Counted from the whole stretch's first letter, positions 44,852 through 55,811 are shown. The stretch: DNA of 63,637 nucleotides, filler included, from Aduncisulcus paluster (GCA_024181965.1; 8 parts of 8 records of this genome joined end to end with filler, not necessarily neighbours in it), one strand, 5' to 3'. The notes: generated from the sequence alone by a model not told the origin. Numbers and translations: made by a program.

Positions 44852-45490
44852 ATGTCGAAAGAAGAAACAACAACCAGACTAATATCTTCAGCGATTGGGG
44901 AAAAAGAAGAAGAAGTTTGTGATTCCCAATTCTATTTAATATATCACAATATGGGGCTAGGTACCACCGATAACCCTTCGTCATTATCCATTTGGAAGAC
45001 AAAACCTGTTTACAAAACTGTTGTTGATGAAAAACAGACCATATACTTTTCTTTTTCTGAGGCATATTGTCTGAGTAATTTTCCAGATCTTTTTATCCCC
45101 TTTATTGAATATGAAACATATCCTACTTTTGAATTGACATCAGCGATTGATGTAGATTTAAAACTTCTTCATACTCCTCGTAATTTGCTCCCTTTAAGGT
45201 TATCCCGAGAGGTATTGGTATTTCTTCACCTCAAAAAGCTTGGATTTTATCCTCGAGATGGGTCTAAATGGGGTTGTCCATTCATTGTATATGCTTCTCC
45301 CTCTCCAAAATATAGCCACTCAATTTCGATTGTTTTTATTGTTGATGGTTCCATTGATGCTGCTACGATCACTTCTTTATTGCGTATTGCAGAAAACCAC
45401 GCAAAAACATTAATGATCTGTGATATTATTGATAAACCTGGAGAAGACCAAAGCGTAAAAATAATAGAAATGAGAAGATCAATGTTGTAG
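44852..45490 (+). CDS. SEN2: tRNA-splicing endonuclease catalytic subunit (Sen2-like)
   Basis: FSEAYCL and HLKKLGFYPRDGSKWGCPFIVYASPSPKYSHS...AKTLMI carry the Y/H/K triad. Sen34 is not excluded. Confidence 0.75.
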   Translation: MSKEETTTRLISSAIGEKEEEVCDSQFYLIYHNMGLGTTDNPSSLSIWKTKPVYKTVVDEKQTIYFSFSEAYCLSNFPDLFIPFIEYETYPTFELTSAIDVDLKLLHTPRNLLPLRLSREVLVFLHLKKLGFYPRDGSKWGCPFIVYASPSPKYSHSISIVFIVDGSIDAATITSLLRIAENHAKTLMICDIIDKPGEDQSVKIIEMRRSML

Positions 45491-45821
45491 GTGATAAATT
45501 CACGGAATTATTGTACTACAATTGAATTGCTACAGCATAGCTTGACTCAAGCTGCTTGAGAATTTCATTCAATTTTATTTTCATATCTTAATTTATGAAA
45601 GGTTTTAATTTCCCTTTGATCAATCTTTTTGTTGTTATTAAACAGATCCTCGAGGAATAAACGATTTTTTTAAAAATATTCTATTTTGCCAGCTGACAAG
45701 AAATATAATTCAACAATCTTCAATTTTTTTGTTGTTTGTGTTCTAATCTTATTCTTGTCTCGATTTAATTGTTTTTATTTTGTTATCGTCTCTTTCTTCA
45801 GTGTTATTCATACATATCACA

Positions 45822-46289
45822 ATGCCAGAACCTATCTGTACAAAAAGGCTTCAGCAAGAATTACTTGCATATCAAAGGGCTGTTAAAAAACATCTTCCTG
45901 TCTGTTATCATATTGAAATTGGAAAAGATCTACAACATTGGGTTGGATGGTTATTAGGACCGATTGATACCCCTTATGAAGGTGGAAAATTCAAATTTAA
46001 AGTTGAATTTCCAGCTAATTATCCAATTAAACCCCCTAATATTTCATTTATCACAAATATTTATCATCCCAACATTAGCTCTTCTGGAAGGATTTGCCTT
46101 GATATTTTGGGAGGACAATGGGCTCCATGTTTGACACTTGAGAAAGTAATGTTGAGTTTATCTTCATTATTGATGGATGGAAACCCAGAATCCCCTCTTA
46201 ATTCTGATGCTGCTTCAAAGATGAAGCGTGATCCAGAAGAATATGCAAAGATTGTTCATGAATATGTAATGAAGTATGCCATGGAATAA
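45822..46289 (+). CDS. Ubiquitin-conjugating enzyme E2 (UBC4/UBE2D-E-like)
   Basis: KRLQQEL, GPIDTPYEGG, YPIKPP, YHPNI..GRICLDIL..QWAP; ATG at 45822. Confidence 0.96.
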   Translation: MPEPICTKRLQQELLAYQRAVKKHLPVCYHIEIGKDLQHWVGWLLGPIDTPYEGGKFKFKVEFPANYPIKPPNISFITNIYHPNISSSGRICLDILGGQWAPCLTLEKVMLSLSSLLMDGNPESPLNSDAASKMKRDPEEYAKIVHEYVMKYAME

Positions 46290-46441
46290 TTTACATATAT
46301 ATTGTTTATTATAACCCAATCCTTCGGCAAAGTAGTCTAGTCACTTTGCACCGAGTATAATTAGAATTTCATTGATTTTTCAATCATCTAAAAATCCATG
46401 GATGTTCTTTTCTTTTTTATCTTTGCGAAATATTTGATGGA

Positions 46442-46864
46442 TTATTTCGATACTTTTCTGACCAATTTCAGACATGTCTCTGAGATTATTGGAAGTAAAG
46501 AATGGTTTTCAACATCGTTTGTTACAATATATTTTCCATGTTCCTTAATAGCGACAAGTTTGGCAACAGATAAGGCAATTTCTTGAGATACTCCTCCTCC
46601 AGAGATGCATACGCTAGCAGGTTCATAATGCTGAATAAAATATAAATAAAACGAGTAATTAATAATAGAAATATTAAAATAAAAGATAATAATCCATTAC
46701 AACAATCAAAATTAAAAACATACATCACTGAGTTTAATACAAGAAGCCACAGACGATGCTTTTCCTTTTCGACATATATTGATAATTCCAGATTTAGTTA
46801 AAGGGGTGTAAGTAATTGTAATTTTTTCTTCTGAAGGGATATCAAGAATCTCACGGATTTCCAT
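46442..46864 (-). CDS. 109-aa protein, possibly proteasome assembly chaperone PAC4/PAC3-like; complement(join(46442..46630,46724..46864))
   Basis: Missed by the ORF track. A phase-0 intron GTATGT...TTCAG (46631-46723) joins MEIREILDIP...SCIKLSD to HYEPASVCISGGGVSQEIALSVAKLVA...LVRKVSK*. The family call rests on size and pattern only. Confidence 0.65.
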
Positions 46865-47094
46865 GCTGTAGATAATAAAATATAAAATAAATCGATGTTA
46901 TATAATTTAATCAAAGTATTTCTTTGTTATCACTGGTAAAATTAATAATTATATTAATTCCCAACCAAATAGAGCATTTGGTTCAATATCTCTGCTATCA
47001 TTAATATATCAAAACATAGATATATTTAAAATAAATTTTTTGCAAATTTTAAATGACAGGAAGATTTCCATTTAATATACAATTTACATATTTT

Positions 47095-47490
47095 TCATTT
47101 ACTCATTTGCGATTTCCTAATTGATTCTTCGCCTTTTTCTATCAACAAACTCCCAGATTGCTGTTGAAATGAAGCAATGTATTCAGTTCCTCCATTGTTG
47201 GAAGCAAATACATCTTTTAGCTTCCGGAAGAATTCAAGAGCCTCAAAGGATAAAATACCAGGTGAAATCGACTGTACAGATGCATAACTAGGGATTAATT
47301 CCACTACAAATCCTATATACAATAATACTATTATTGTATAAGATAGTAGCTTTGGTATTTTTAAACTGAAATATTACAAAACATTCGAGATTATTTCAAA
47401 GTTGAGAATGTCTTGTAATGTGTCATCAAGACATTGATACATATGTACTAAAATAGATCCACGATGGCCATACACTAGAAAATATCCAAC
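47095..47490 (-). CDS. Possible small intron-containing hypothetical gene (structure unresolved)
   Basis: Coding-like segment GFVVELIPSY...KSQMSK* preceded by candidate splice signals; I could not find a phase-consistent model. Confidence 0.3.
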
Positions 47491-47744
47491 TTTGTGATGC
47501 AAAAAATGAATAATTAGAGTTATCCAGAATCCAAAAAAAAAATAAAAAAAAATGAAAAAAAAAAAATACACCAAGTGTTGTATAATAATAATTAAAAGAA
47601 ATAAGATAAACGAAGAGATAATTCCGTAAATTACAAACGAATTATGATTATTATCGTGAATTAATCCAATGAATTAAATTCCTATTAGGAATAGAAGGAA
47701 AGATAGAAAATTATAAGAATTATAATAAATATTTTTTTAAAAAT

Positions 47745-49604
47745 TTAAAAGAACATATCAAATATATCATCTTTCTTCTCCTCGCTTTCTTTTTTTGGAA
47801 TATTAGGTTTCGTTTTTTGAGGTGTTGAAGATGAACTTCCAAAAATATCATCAAAAGACTCAATTTTCTTCTTTTCATGAGACACTCTCTGAGATTTGGG
47901 GGTAGCAATTCCAAAAATAGCATCAAATGACGATGTGGGAGTTGGTTTTGATGTAGTTTTCTGAACTTTTTGAGGAACAGAAACTCTTTTCATTTCCACC
48001 TGACTTTCTACTTGGCATGGTGCCTTGGTTGTTGTGGTGCTAGCGGTGCACTGAAGATCTCCGAACAAATCATCAAAACCCACAATTGAAGAAGAGGAAG
48101 AAGGTGTTATTTTCTCTCCCTTATCTGAGCTAACGATTGTTTTCTTTGCAAGAGTCGTTGTGGAAGGAGCGGTGGGAGGTACAGAATCTAGCCCTAACAT
48201 TTCATCGAGAGATGTCAAATTATCCTGGGTCTTGGCACTGGCAACAGGGAGATCTTGTTCTTCGGGATAACTATAAGAATACTCAGCCTGGTCTCCATCA
48301 TCTCCTTTGGTTGCCAACTGTGACGGTTGTTCAGAAATAGTTGGTTTTGTCTGTTTCACAACCGTCACCGATGATTGAGGATTATCAAAGAAATCCCAAA
48401 TATCCTGAGGTTTTGAGGAAGCAGCAGATTGATCGAGAGCAACTTGATCAAAGAAGTCAACCGAAGAGCGAGCAGAAGAGGAAGAACTTGGAGGCTTCGA
48501 TGTTTGATGTTCAGGAGTATGTTTCTTAGCAATTACGTGATCTGCTCCAGGGAAAATATCATGAGGAGAAGAGTCTGAAGCAGATTGAGAGTGGACAATG
48601 GGAGTAGGAGTCTCCTCAGATGGCACTATTTCAGTCAATAAACCAGAGATGACACCCAATCGTTCACATTCAGAGATGACAGATTTCAAATCAGGTCTCT
48701 TGCGGGGATCTTTGATCAACATGAACTCAATTAAATGGTAAAGAGATTCACTATATGTTCTTGTCCTTGGATTAGAGTGTTCTTTAGGATAACTGAACTT
48801 TCCAGTTCGAATGGCGAGGTTGGACACTTCATTATCGTAAGGGGTGCAAAAGAAGGCCAATTTATACAAAAGGATACCTAATGCCCAAATATCCGTCTTT
48901 TCTGTGATTGGAAATCCACTGTATAAATCACACATTTCTGGAGCTCTGTAGAAGAGAGTAGTTGTCTTGCTCAGATTAGATTCTACTTGAGCACGCAGAT
49001 GAGAATCACGTTTAAGAGATTGTCCATCATAGATATGCTTGGTAGTACATGATCCAAAATCGCATAATCTTACGGCAATATCAGCAACACGAGGCGTAAC
49101 TTCTCTAAGATTACGAACTTTGCGCTTAGTGCACAAAAGCATGTTTTCAACCTTAATGTCTCGATGTACAATGGGCGTCGGATGATGGAAATACAAAGGA
49201 GCAACAGCTTTCAGCATTGCTGAAAATAACGCCCAAATTGTGGATTCGGAGAATCGAGATTCGGGAAAATCAATCATAATTTGTGCAATATTACCACCAA
49301 TGCATAATTCCATAACCATATAAAAGGTTATTGCCCCTCGACCGGAATTCTTCTCGGAATATTCGATAAGCGTGGGAATATGCTTTACGGACCTACACAT
49401 ATTCATAATTTTGATTTCTTTCCGTGTATCAGCAACAGCTTGTGGGGTTTGGGCGATAACTTTCTTCACAGCGACTCGTTGGAAGGACCCTGATCCTACT
49501 TCAGGAGAAGATATGTTTTCAGCAAGATACACAAAAGCATATCCACCTTCTCCAAGTAACTTATTTAATCTGTATGTATTTCTTCCAATAATAATTGTAT
49601 TCAT
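47745..49604 (-). CDS. NAK-family Ser/Thr kinase (AAK1/GAK-like) with disordered tail
   Basis: GEGGYAFVY, VAVKK, HRDIKVEN, CDFGS, TTLFYRAPEMCDLY..PITEKTDIWALG. Confidence 0.93.
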   Translation of the reverse strand: MNTIIIGRNTYRLNKLLGEGGYAFVYLAENISSPEVGSGSFQRVAVKKVIAQTPQAVADTRKEIKIMNMCRSVKHIPTLIEYSEKNSGRGAITFYMVMELCIGGNIAQIMIDFPESRFSESTIWALFSAMLKAVAPLYFHHPTPIVHRDIKVENMLLCTKRKVRNLREVTPRVADIAVRLCDFGSCTTKHIYDGQSLKRDSHLRAQVESNLSKTTTLFYRAPEMCDLYSGFPITEKTDIWALGILLYKLAFFCTPYDNEVSNLAIRTGKFSYPKEHSNPRTRTYSESLYHLIEFMLIKDPRKRPDLKSVISECERLGVISGLLTEIVPSEETPTPIVHSQSASDSSPHDIFPGADHVIAKKHTPEHQTSKPPSSSSSARSSVDFFDQVALDQSAASSKPQDIWDFFDNPQSSVTVVKQTKPTISEQPSQLATKGDDGDQAEYSYSYPEEQDLPVASAKTQDNLTSLDEMLGLDSVPPTAPSTTTLAKKTIVSSDKGEKITPSSSSSIVGFDDLFGDLQCTASTTTTKAPCQVESQVEMKRVSVPQKVQKTTSKPTPTSSFDAIFGIATPKSQRVSHEKKKIESFDDIFGSSSSTPQKTKPNIPKKESEEKKDDIFDMFF

Positions 49605-49733
49605 CTGCCAAGAGTCGAAACAGCCTAAGGCTGTCAGCCTTCATTCTGGGAAAACAATGATTTTGCCTCAAAACAATATCCAAAATGAATAGTTTTTTCC
49701 CTTTATGGTTGAATTATTAAATTTTATTATTAT

Positions 49734-50537
49734 TTACCTATTATGATTATGTTTGTGCTCGGACTTCAAGTCCAGACTTGCTGTCAGCAGTTCTGCTGAA
49801 GAGTATTGTTCCTTTACAGATTCCAGAATGGAATTGGTTATATATTCTTCATACATCGAATTCTCTGGATAATTTGCCAGGGAGAGTCTTACAGAATCAT
49901 GTATTTCAATGCATGTCACAGTGACCGTGTCACTACACCAACAATACTTAGACGGATGCAGTTTCAGATGACTACAAAACATCACAGTTTGCTCTGGATC
50001 AATTTGGGACAACTAGAACTGTTCCACAGCCAATTCAAACGACTGTATAACTCCTTCAACCTGAGGTGATTGATACAACAAATGTTGAAATAGATTTAGC
50101 AAATAGTGTTTAATGATGAAGAATTATGAAATCGAAACATCGTATCTTTTCAAATAGATGATAGCTTAGTGGTCCATTGTTTTGTTTGCCAAACTAATAA
50201 TCAGTTTGAAAATAAAATTAGTAATTAAAATTAAATAATTCGTTCCTTACTTGATGTTCTTTCACATTTGAGTTAGTTCTATCTCTTATATCTTGTAAGA
50301 ATTGAGTTGATCTTTTTCACCACTCAAACATTCCGAATGTTGGAGAGTCTCCATCTTCCATACATTGAGAAATACTATCTCCCTCTTGACAACTTGTTAA
50401 TGGCAAGCTATATCGATAGAGGTTGAAGGAATCGCTTCTTTAACATGGAAAGTTTCTGTTCTTCGATTTCCACCATGACTTCGAGCCTCTTCACATCCTG
50501 TTTCTGCCTTGCAAAAGAGATCGTGCACATCTCAACG
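49734..50537 (-). pseudogene. Degenerate coding-like region with in-frame stops
   Basis: Protein-like stretches interrupted by TAG/TAA (e.g. SFELAVEQF*LSQIDPEQ) and an intron-like GTAAG...CTAAT...TAG segment. Confidence 0.3.
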
Positions 50538-50637
50538 NNNNNNNNNNNNNNNNNNNNNNNNNNNNNNNNNNNNNNNNNNNNTTAATTAATTAANNNNNNN
50601 NNNNNNNNNNNNNNNNNNNNNNNNNNNNNNNNNNNNN
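50538..50637. other. Artificial contig linker
   Basis: N/TTAATTAATTAA/N. Confidence 0.99.
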
Positions 50638-52603
50638 CCACGCAAAACAAATGCATGTGATTGCTCAGATGCGGAAAGAAGAGAGGAAACAGCGTCAGGA
50701 AGAAGAGCATCGTGAAAAGGGAACTGATGAAGAAGCCGAAGAGAATATTGAAGCCGAGGGGGCTGACGGTGAGAAGGAATTATCTGAGTTGGGGGACGAA
50801 GTCTCAATCGATGAGGATATCGTTGATGAGTTTGAAGCTCAGTTCGATGCTGCTTTGAAGGCTGTGAACAAAGATAAAGAAAGCATTCAGAGAGAGGAAG
50901 AACTTGTTCATGAAAAGCTCGAGAAGGTGAGCAACCTTGAAAAGAAACACGAAGAGGAAGAAAAGGCTTTGGATATGTCCTTGGAAAAAGAGAAGGAGAA
51001 GGAAATGGTTAAGCATGAACAAGAAATGGAAATGATGAAAAATCGTGCTTCTGAGGAGCTTGACAAAAAACGAGAAGAAGCTCTGGCTCATGCAAACAAC
51101 GCAAAGGAAAGACAGCGTCTGGAGGAAGAATTTAGAGAGAAAAAGGAGAAAATGAGCAATTTGTTGGGAACAGAAAGTGAAAGGCAGAAGAAAGCTCTTG
51201 AGGAACGTCTTGCAAAGCGTCGTCAGCGTTTGATGGATCGTCAGAAGCGAGGCCAACAAGAGGAACAGCGAAGAACCGTCCAAGCCATCGATCGGGAGGC
51301 TCAGAAAGTGAATGATGATGCCACTCGTAAAGCCGAAGAAGAGGCTATCAAACGTACTTTGGAGACTCTTGGTGATACAAACGCTGCTGAAATCATCGAA
51401 TATACTTTGCAGAAGCGTCATTTGAAGGAAACCAAGGATCTTATGAACAGTCAGGAAGAGGAAAGGAACTCTATCCTGACCACCTTGAAGGATACCCTCA
51501 CGGATGAGTATGAAGAGAAGAAGGACGCCCTCATGAGTGAGCAAAAGGCTGAGATGGCTGATCTACTCAGTCACACCAGTGTTGAGGCCCAAGATGAGTC
51601 TACTGGTGTTATCAATACAGCAGCTCGTGATAAATTGGCTAAACAACATGAAGAAGCCCTTGCTGAGCTTCAAAATGATTTCGAGAGTGCTCTTCGCGAT
51701 GAAGTCAGGAGTCAATCCATCCAGCTTGATGCGGCCTTTGTTAAGGCTCGTCTTGTGCAACGCCGAAGACACGACAATGAGTTTATTGTAGCTCTGAAGG
51801 ATCTGTTCCCAGATATTCTGAATGATGTGGGATCTGGCGAACAACAACAAGATGACGATGAGGCTGAGGGAATTCTTGATGATGCCGCTTTGAAATTGAA
51901 GGACCTCAAATCCAAGAGAGAGGCCATTGAGGCCGAAGAAAGGAAGAGGATTGAAGATGAGATTGCTGCTTATCAGAGCGAGCTTCAAGCCAAACAAGAG
52001 CGGGCGTTGAAAGAAGCTGAGGCCTCAAAACAAGCCCTAAAGGCTCAGCAACAGCAGTTTATCCAAGAAAGAGTGGCGCAACATCAGGCTGCTCTCCGTG
52101 AGCTTGGGGAGAATGCTCAAGAACAGACAATGATGCTTATGGAGAAAGAAAAAGAAGTTCGTGATTTATTGGAGAAACGTCTTGAAACGGAGAGAAAACG
52201 TCAGTTGCGTCAGCTCAAAACAATATCTCAGAAGCGTCAGATGATTCTGAAGCAAATGATGCGTAGACGCGCGAAGAAGAAGAGAGAGGATGCAAAGAAG
52301 AAAGAAGACAGCACGAAGAAGAAGGAAGAAACTGTTGTAAGTTCCTCGGGTGAAGAGGATCCTTTCTCAATCGAAGGAAGCGAAGGTGATGATATTTTTA
52401 CTCGTCGTGGAAGTGAATCAAGCGGGGAATTTGGTGACTCTGGTCTCGATTCTCTCTCCGAAACTGGAAAGAGGCCTCAGGCACCTGTTTTGGACATTGA
52501 TTTGGATGACCTTCTGAAAGAACTTAATGATTCCAAACTCACTCAGCAAACAATCAAGGTTCGCGATTTGGTGGAAAAGATGATTGCGTCTACTTCAAAA
52601 TAA
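50638..52603 (+). CDS. Long E/K/R/Q-rich coiled-coil protein, 5'-partial
   Basis: ORF >650 aa, open from the contig edge, with heptad-rich charged helices. Confidence 0.85.
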
Positions 52604-52773
52604 TCAAATAATTTAAACATTTATATTTTTAAACATTGCATTCATATTAAAATAAATAGTATTTCGTAATATCACTGTTTGGACAGATGAAGAACTACCA
52701 GGATTGAGATATGGAACAAAAATCAGAATAATGATCAATAATGGTATATTTAAAAACAAAAATGAATAAAATA

Positions 52774-53476
52774 TCATGGAATTGAAATATGATTGAAAGT
52801 TTTCCCAGAGAGAAGACTTAATTTTGATACGAGAAAATCATGGATAATTTTTTTGATATTTCTTGGGAAATGCCGATAAATAGGAATATCAAGGGAATAA
52901 TCAAATTGTTTAATGGTGCATTCCTGAATCGTAAGTGATAAAATCCGTGATTTAATCGCATCAAGAAATGAAATATCTGAAGCTTCATTCTTTGATGAAC
53001 CACCAAAACTGACACTAAATTTTATAAAAACGTTGATATTTAGGCGTTTTAAATCAAATATATGAGTAGATCTACTTCTAAATCCACATGATTGTGTTGG
53101 AAATTGATGAATGGGAATTAGTTGCTTCTTCGTCTTAATTTTGCCTTTAAACTGAAGGATATCGCTCGATTGAATCGATAAAGAAGTTCCAATGGTTCCA
53201 CTTTTCCCAATTTTTGATAATTCAGCAATCTCAATTGCCGGAGGCTATGTCAAGAAAACAGAAGATAAGAGAAGACGAATAAATGGTAATCAAATCCAAC
53301 AAAATAAAACATACATCAAATCCAACAATCAATTTAGTTGTTTGTCCAGAAAATTCCATATCCAACCATTCAGAACAACGAACGCTTATTAAATTGTAAA
53401 GATAGTCAATGGCTTTCGATAAAGCTTCTTCAATGAATTTTTTTGCTTCTAATGACCAAGTTAAAGAAAGAGACAT
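52774..53476 (-). CDS. 210-aa SMP/TULIP-like protein resembling ERMES Mdm34(Mmm2)/Mdm12; complement(join(52774..53244,53315..53476))
   Basis: Only exon 1 appears in the ORF track. A phase-0 70-nt intron GTATGT...CATAG yields MSLSLTWSLEAKKFIEEALSKA...TKLIVGFD|PPAIEIAELSKIGKSGTIGTSLSIQSSDILQFKGKIK...IKKIIHDFLVSKLSLLSGKTFNHISIP*. Confidence 0.6.
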
Positions 53477-53874
53477 CCTTTCTCTATTCTTTCATTCCAC
53501 AAAAAAACGTTTGACTCTATATCTTTGTGTGGTACTGTTTCATTGGACATTTTGATGTAAAATATTTAATAAAAAGCTTATTTAATTTACATTTTATTTT
53601 AAATGTTATATGAAAGAGAGTTATTTCCCCTTGAAATAAAAAATTGAAAAATAACCTGGTTTTTCGGACTGTATCATTCATATAGTACTTTTGTCTCCGA
53701 TTTATTATTTATTGTAAGTATTAATTTACCTTTAAAATTTTATTTCAATGGTTTTTTCTCGTGATTGACAATTTTGATTGTTTTCAATCTTATTCTCGTA
53801 ATAATGAACAAATAATCCCATTGGGGTGTATTTAATTGCATATATATTGCAAAATTAAAAGATAATAGTTAAAA

Positions 53875-54624
53875 ATGGACGAAAGAATGGAAGATCTAGA
53901 ACTTAAGGGAATTGATCAGTGGCAACGAATGGATGGAGTTCCCGAAACAACACAATTTGAAGATGCTCATCGCCAAATGACTGGAAAATTGACTAGAGAA
54001 CAAGAGGTTCGTGAACAACATAAACTCGAAGAAAATGTTGAAAAAATGATTATAGACGCTTATAAAGAGAAAGAAATGGATGATAAGGATTTTGAAGAAC
54101 TTGAGGAACTTGAAGATGAGTTAGATGAAGATTTTCTCGCATATTATCGGGAAAAATTAGAAGCTGAAATGAAGGAGAAACTATCTGCTGAGAAATTTGG
54201 TGAGATATATGAAATCACTGCTAAACAATATAAAGATGTTGTTTCTGATCCCTCAATTACTATTATTATCCATCTTTCCCAAGATTACCTTCCTGATTGT
54301 AAAGTATTGCACCATCGTTTCAAACAATTGGCCAAGAAATTCAAAGAACATAAATTCTGTAGAATTCGTGCCACCGATGCAATTCATGGATATCCCGATA
54401 GGTTTTGTCCGACTGTGATCGTATACAAGGGAGGTGAGTGTTTCAAACAATTGGTTGGAATGGAGACCCTCGGTGGTCATAGCTTGACGGCTGAACAATT
54501 GGAATGGACCCTTGCAGAGCAGGAAGTCCTCACAACTGAGCTTGAAGAGAATCCTTTCGATGGTGGGGCAAGAGATGAGTTTGCTCAAAGCGTCAGAAGA
54601 TTTATGGAGGATCAAATGGAATAA
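53875..54624 (+). CDS. PDCL3: Phosducin-like protein 2 (CCT co-chaperone)
   Basis: KFGEIYEI, IIIHL, LAKKF..KFCRI, YPDRFCPTVIVYKGG, LEW.LAE..VL.TELEENP. Confidence 0.88.
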   Translation: MDERMEDLELKGIDQWQRMDGVPETTQFEDAHRQMTGKLTREQEVREQHKLEENVEKMIIDAYKEKEMDDKDFEELEELEDELDEDFLAYYREKLEAEMKEKLSAEKFGEIYEITAKQYKDVVSDPSITIIIHLSQDYLPDCKVLHHRFKQLAKKFKEHKFCRIRATDAIHGYPDRFCPTVIVYKGGECFKQLVGMETLGGHSLTAEQLEWTLAEQEVLTTELEENPFDGGARDEFAQSVRRFMEDQME

Positions 54625-54747
54625 ACCACATTTATTAAGATAAATTAATAATTATTAATTAATATTATTAGAAATATAGTAGAAAAGATGGACCATATTC
54701 CACCGAACTTGTGTTGTGGAGAGGAATATGATATCAGTGATATCAGT

Positions 54748-55575
54748 TTATAATATGAAATTATTTTTCCAACTTTTAACTTGTTTTCTTACTTTAGATG
54801 CTAAAGATGATAATATCATTGAGTTTCTAATCTTTAAAGATTCGTGGAAATGAGTTAACGAGAATGGTGGAGGAAACCGTGCCATATGGAAAGAACAATA
54901 TAATTGAGATCCTTTTTTCTTTTTTAAAGATTTTTTATCATCTTCTTTGTCCATTATTTGCTGAAATTCATTGCTAAATGATACACTAATCCCTTGTTTT
55001 TCCCCTGAAGTCCTACTGATTTCTCTCACAACAAAGGAAGATATCGAGAAAAGCAAAGAATTGGGAAATGATAGGGACATTGTTATGGTGTAATTATCAT
55101 CAGAATGTGGAATAAAATTGATAGAATCGGAAAAACGGTAATGTAAACTAAAACTTGTCTTATCTCGAAGAATTTTTTGACAAGATGCAAGAATAGCCCA
55201 GTCAGTTAAATTAAATGCAAGAGAGCATATTCTTTCACTGATTTTTGGGACACTTTCCGAAGCAATCTTTCCAAACCTAAGACAAAATTGAAAAGGAAAC
55301 TTTGGGGGGTTAAAATACACGTTTTTATGCCATTCATCTTCTAATTTTTTTTTAACACCAAGCAAAATCATATCATCCCAGAATAATGGAGGGAAGGATA
55401 CAGACAAAATGAAGAATGGAGCATAATCCACTTTCTTACACTCAATTCGGTAATCAACATTATTATAATCTGCCAAAAATAGTTCTTCGCTGAAATTTTT
55501 ATCTGGAATTCTTAACATAAATAAATTTCGAGAAGGATATGAAAGAAAATTAGTGTATGTAAAAAAAAACTCCAT
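54748..55575 (-). CDS. ARPC2: Divergent Arp2/3 complex subunit 2 (p34-Arc)
   Basis: Collinear motifs ELFLADYNNVDYRI (~EVTFADFDGVLYHI), LHYRFSDSINF...TITMSLSF (~IHYRDDETMYV...TVVFSTVF), FVVREI, VSFS, YCSF. Confidence 0.65.
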   Translation of the reverse strand: MEFFFTYTNFLSYPSRNLFMLRIPDKNFSEELFLADYNNVDYRIECKKVDYAPFFILSVSFPPLFWDDMILLGVKKKLEDEWHKNVYFNPPKFPFQFCLRFGKIASESVPKISERICSLAFNLTDWAILASCQKILRDKTSFSLHYRFSDSINFIPHSDDNYTITMSLSFPNSLLFSISSFVVREISRTSGEKQGISVSFSNEFQQIMDKEDDKKSLKKKKGSQLYCSFHMARFPPPFSLTHFHESLKIRNSMILSSLASKVRKQVKSWKNNFIL

Positions 55576-55811
55576 ATTTCAATGACATCATGGATGATAA
55601 CGTACGAATATATATTTACAAAGGTTTTTTTTAAAAGAATGTTTTCTTTTGAGGTATATGGCATTTCGAAAAGACACAAAATTCCGATTTTCAATACATT
55701 CGGTATTTGTCGGCTAGCCGATATGAAGCACTGATTCATAAAACATATTTTATTAAAGGTAGAATTTCAAATTTTGTTATATATTAAAGATGAATTAAGA
55801 TGTTTGCTATT

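Noticed and set aside
49734-50537. In-frame TAG/TAA as evidence for a hexamitid-type alternative genetic code
   Set aside because: Conserved genes in the window end in TAA, TAG and TGA at expected positions and have no internal stops; local decay is the simpler explanation.
54639-54670. AT-only palindromes such as AATTAATAATTATTAATT
   Set aside because: Expected by chance in nearly pure AT sequence; not counted as footprints.
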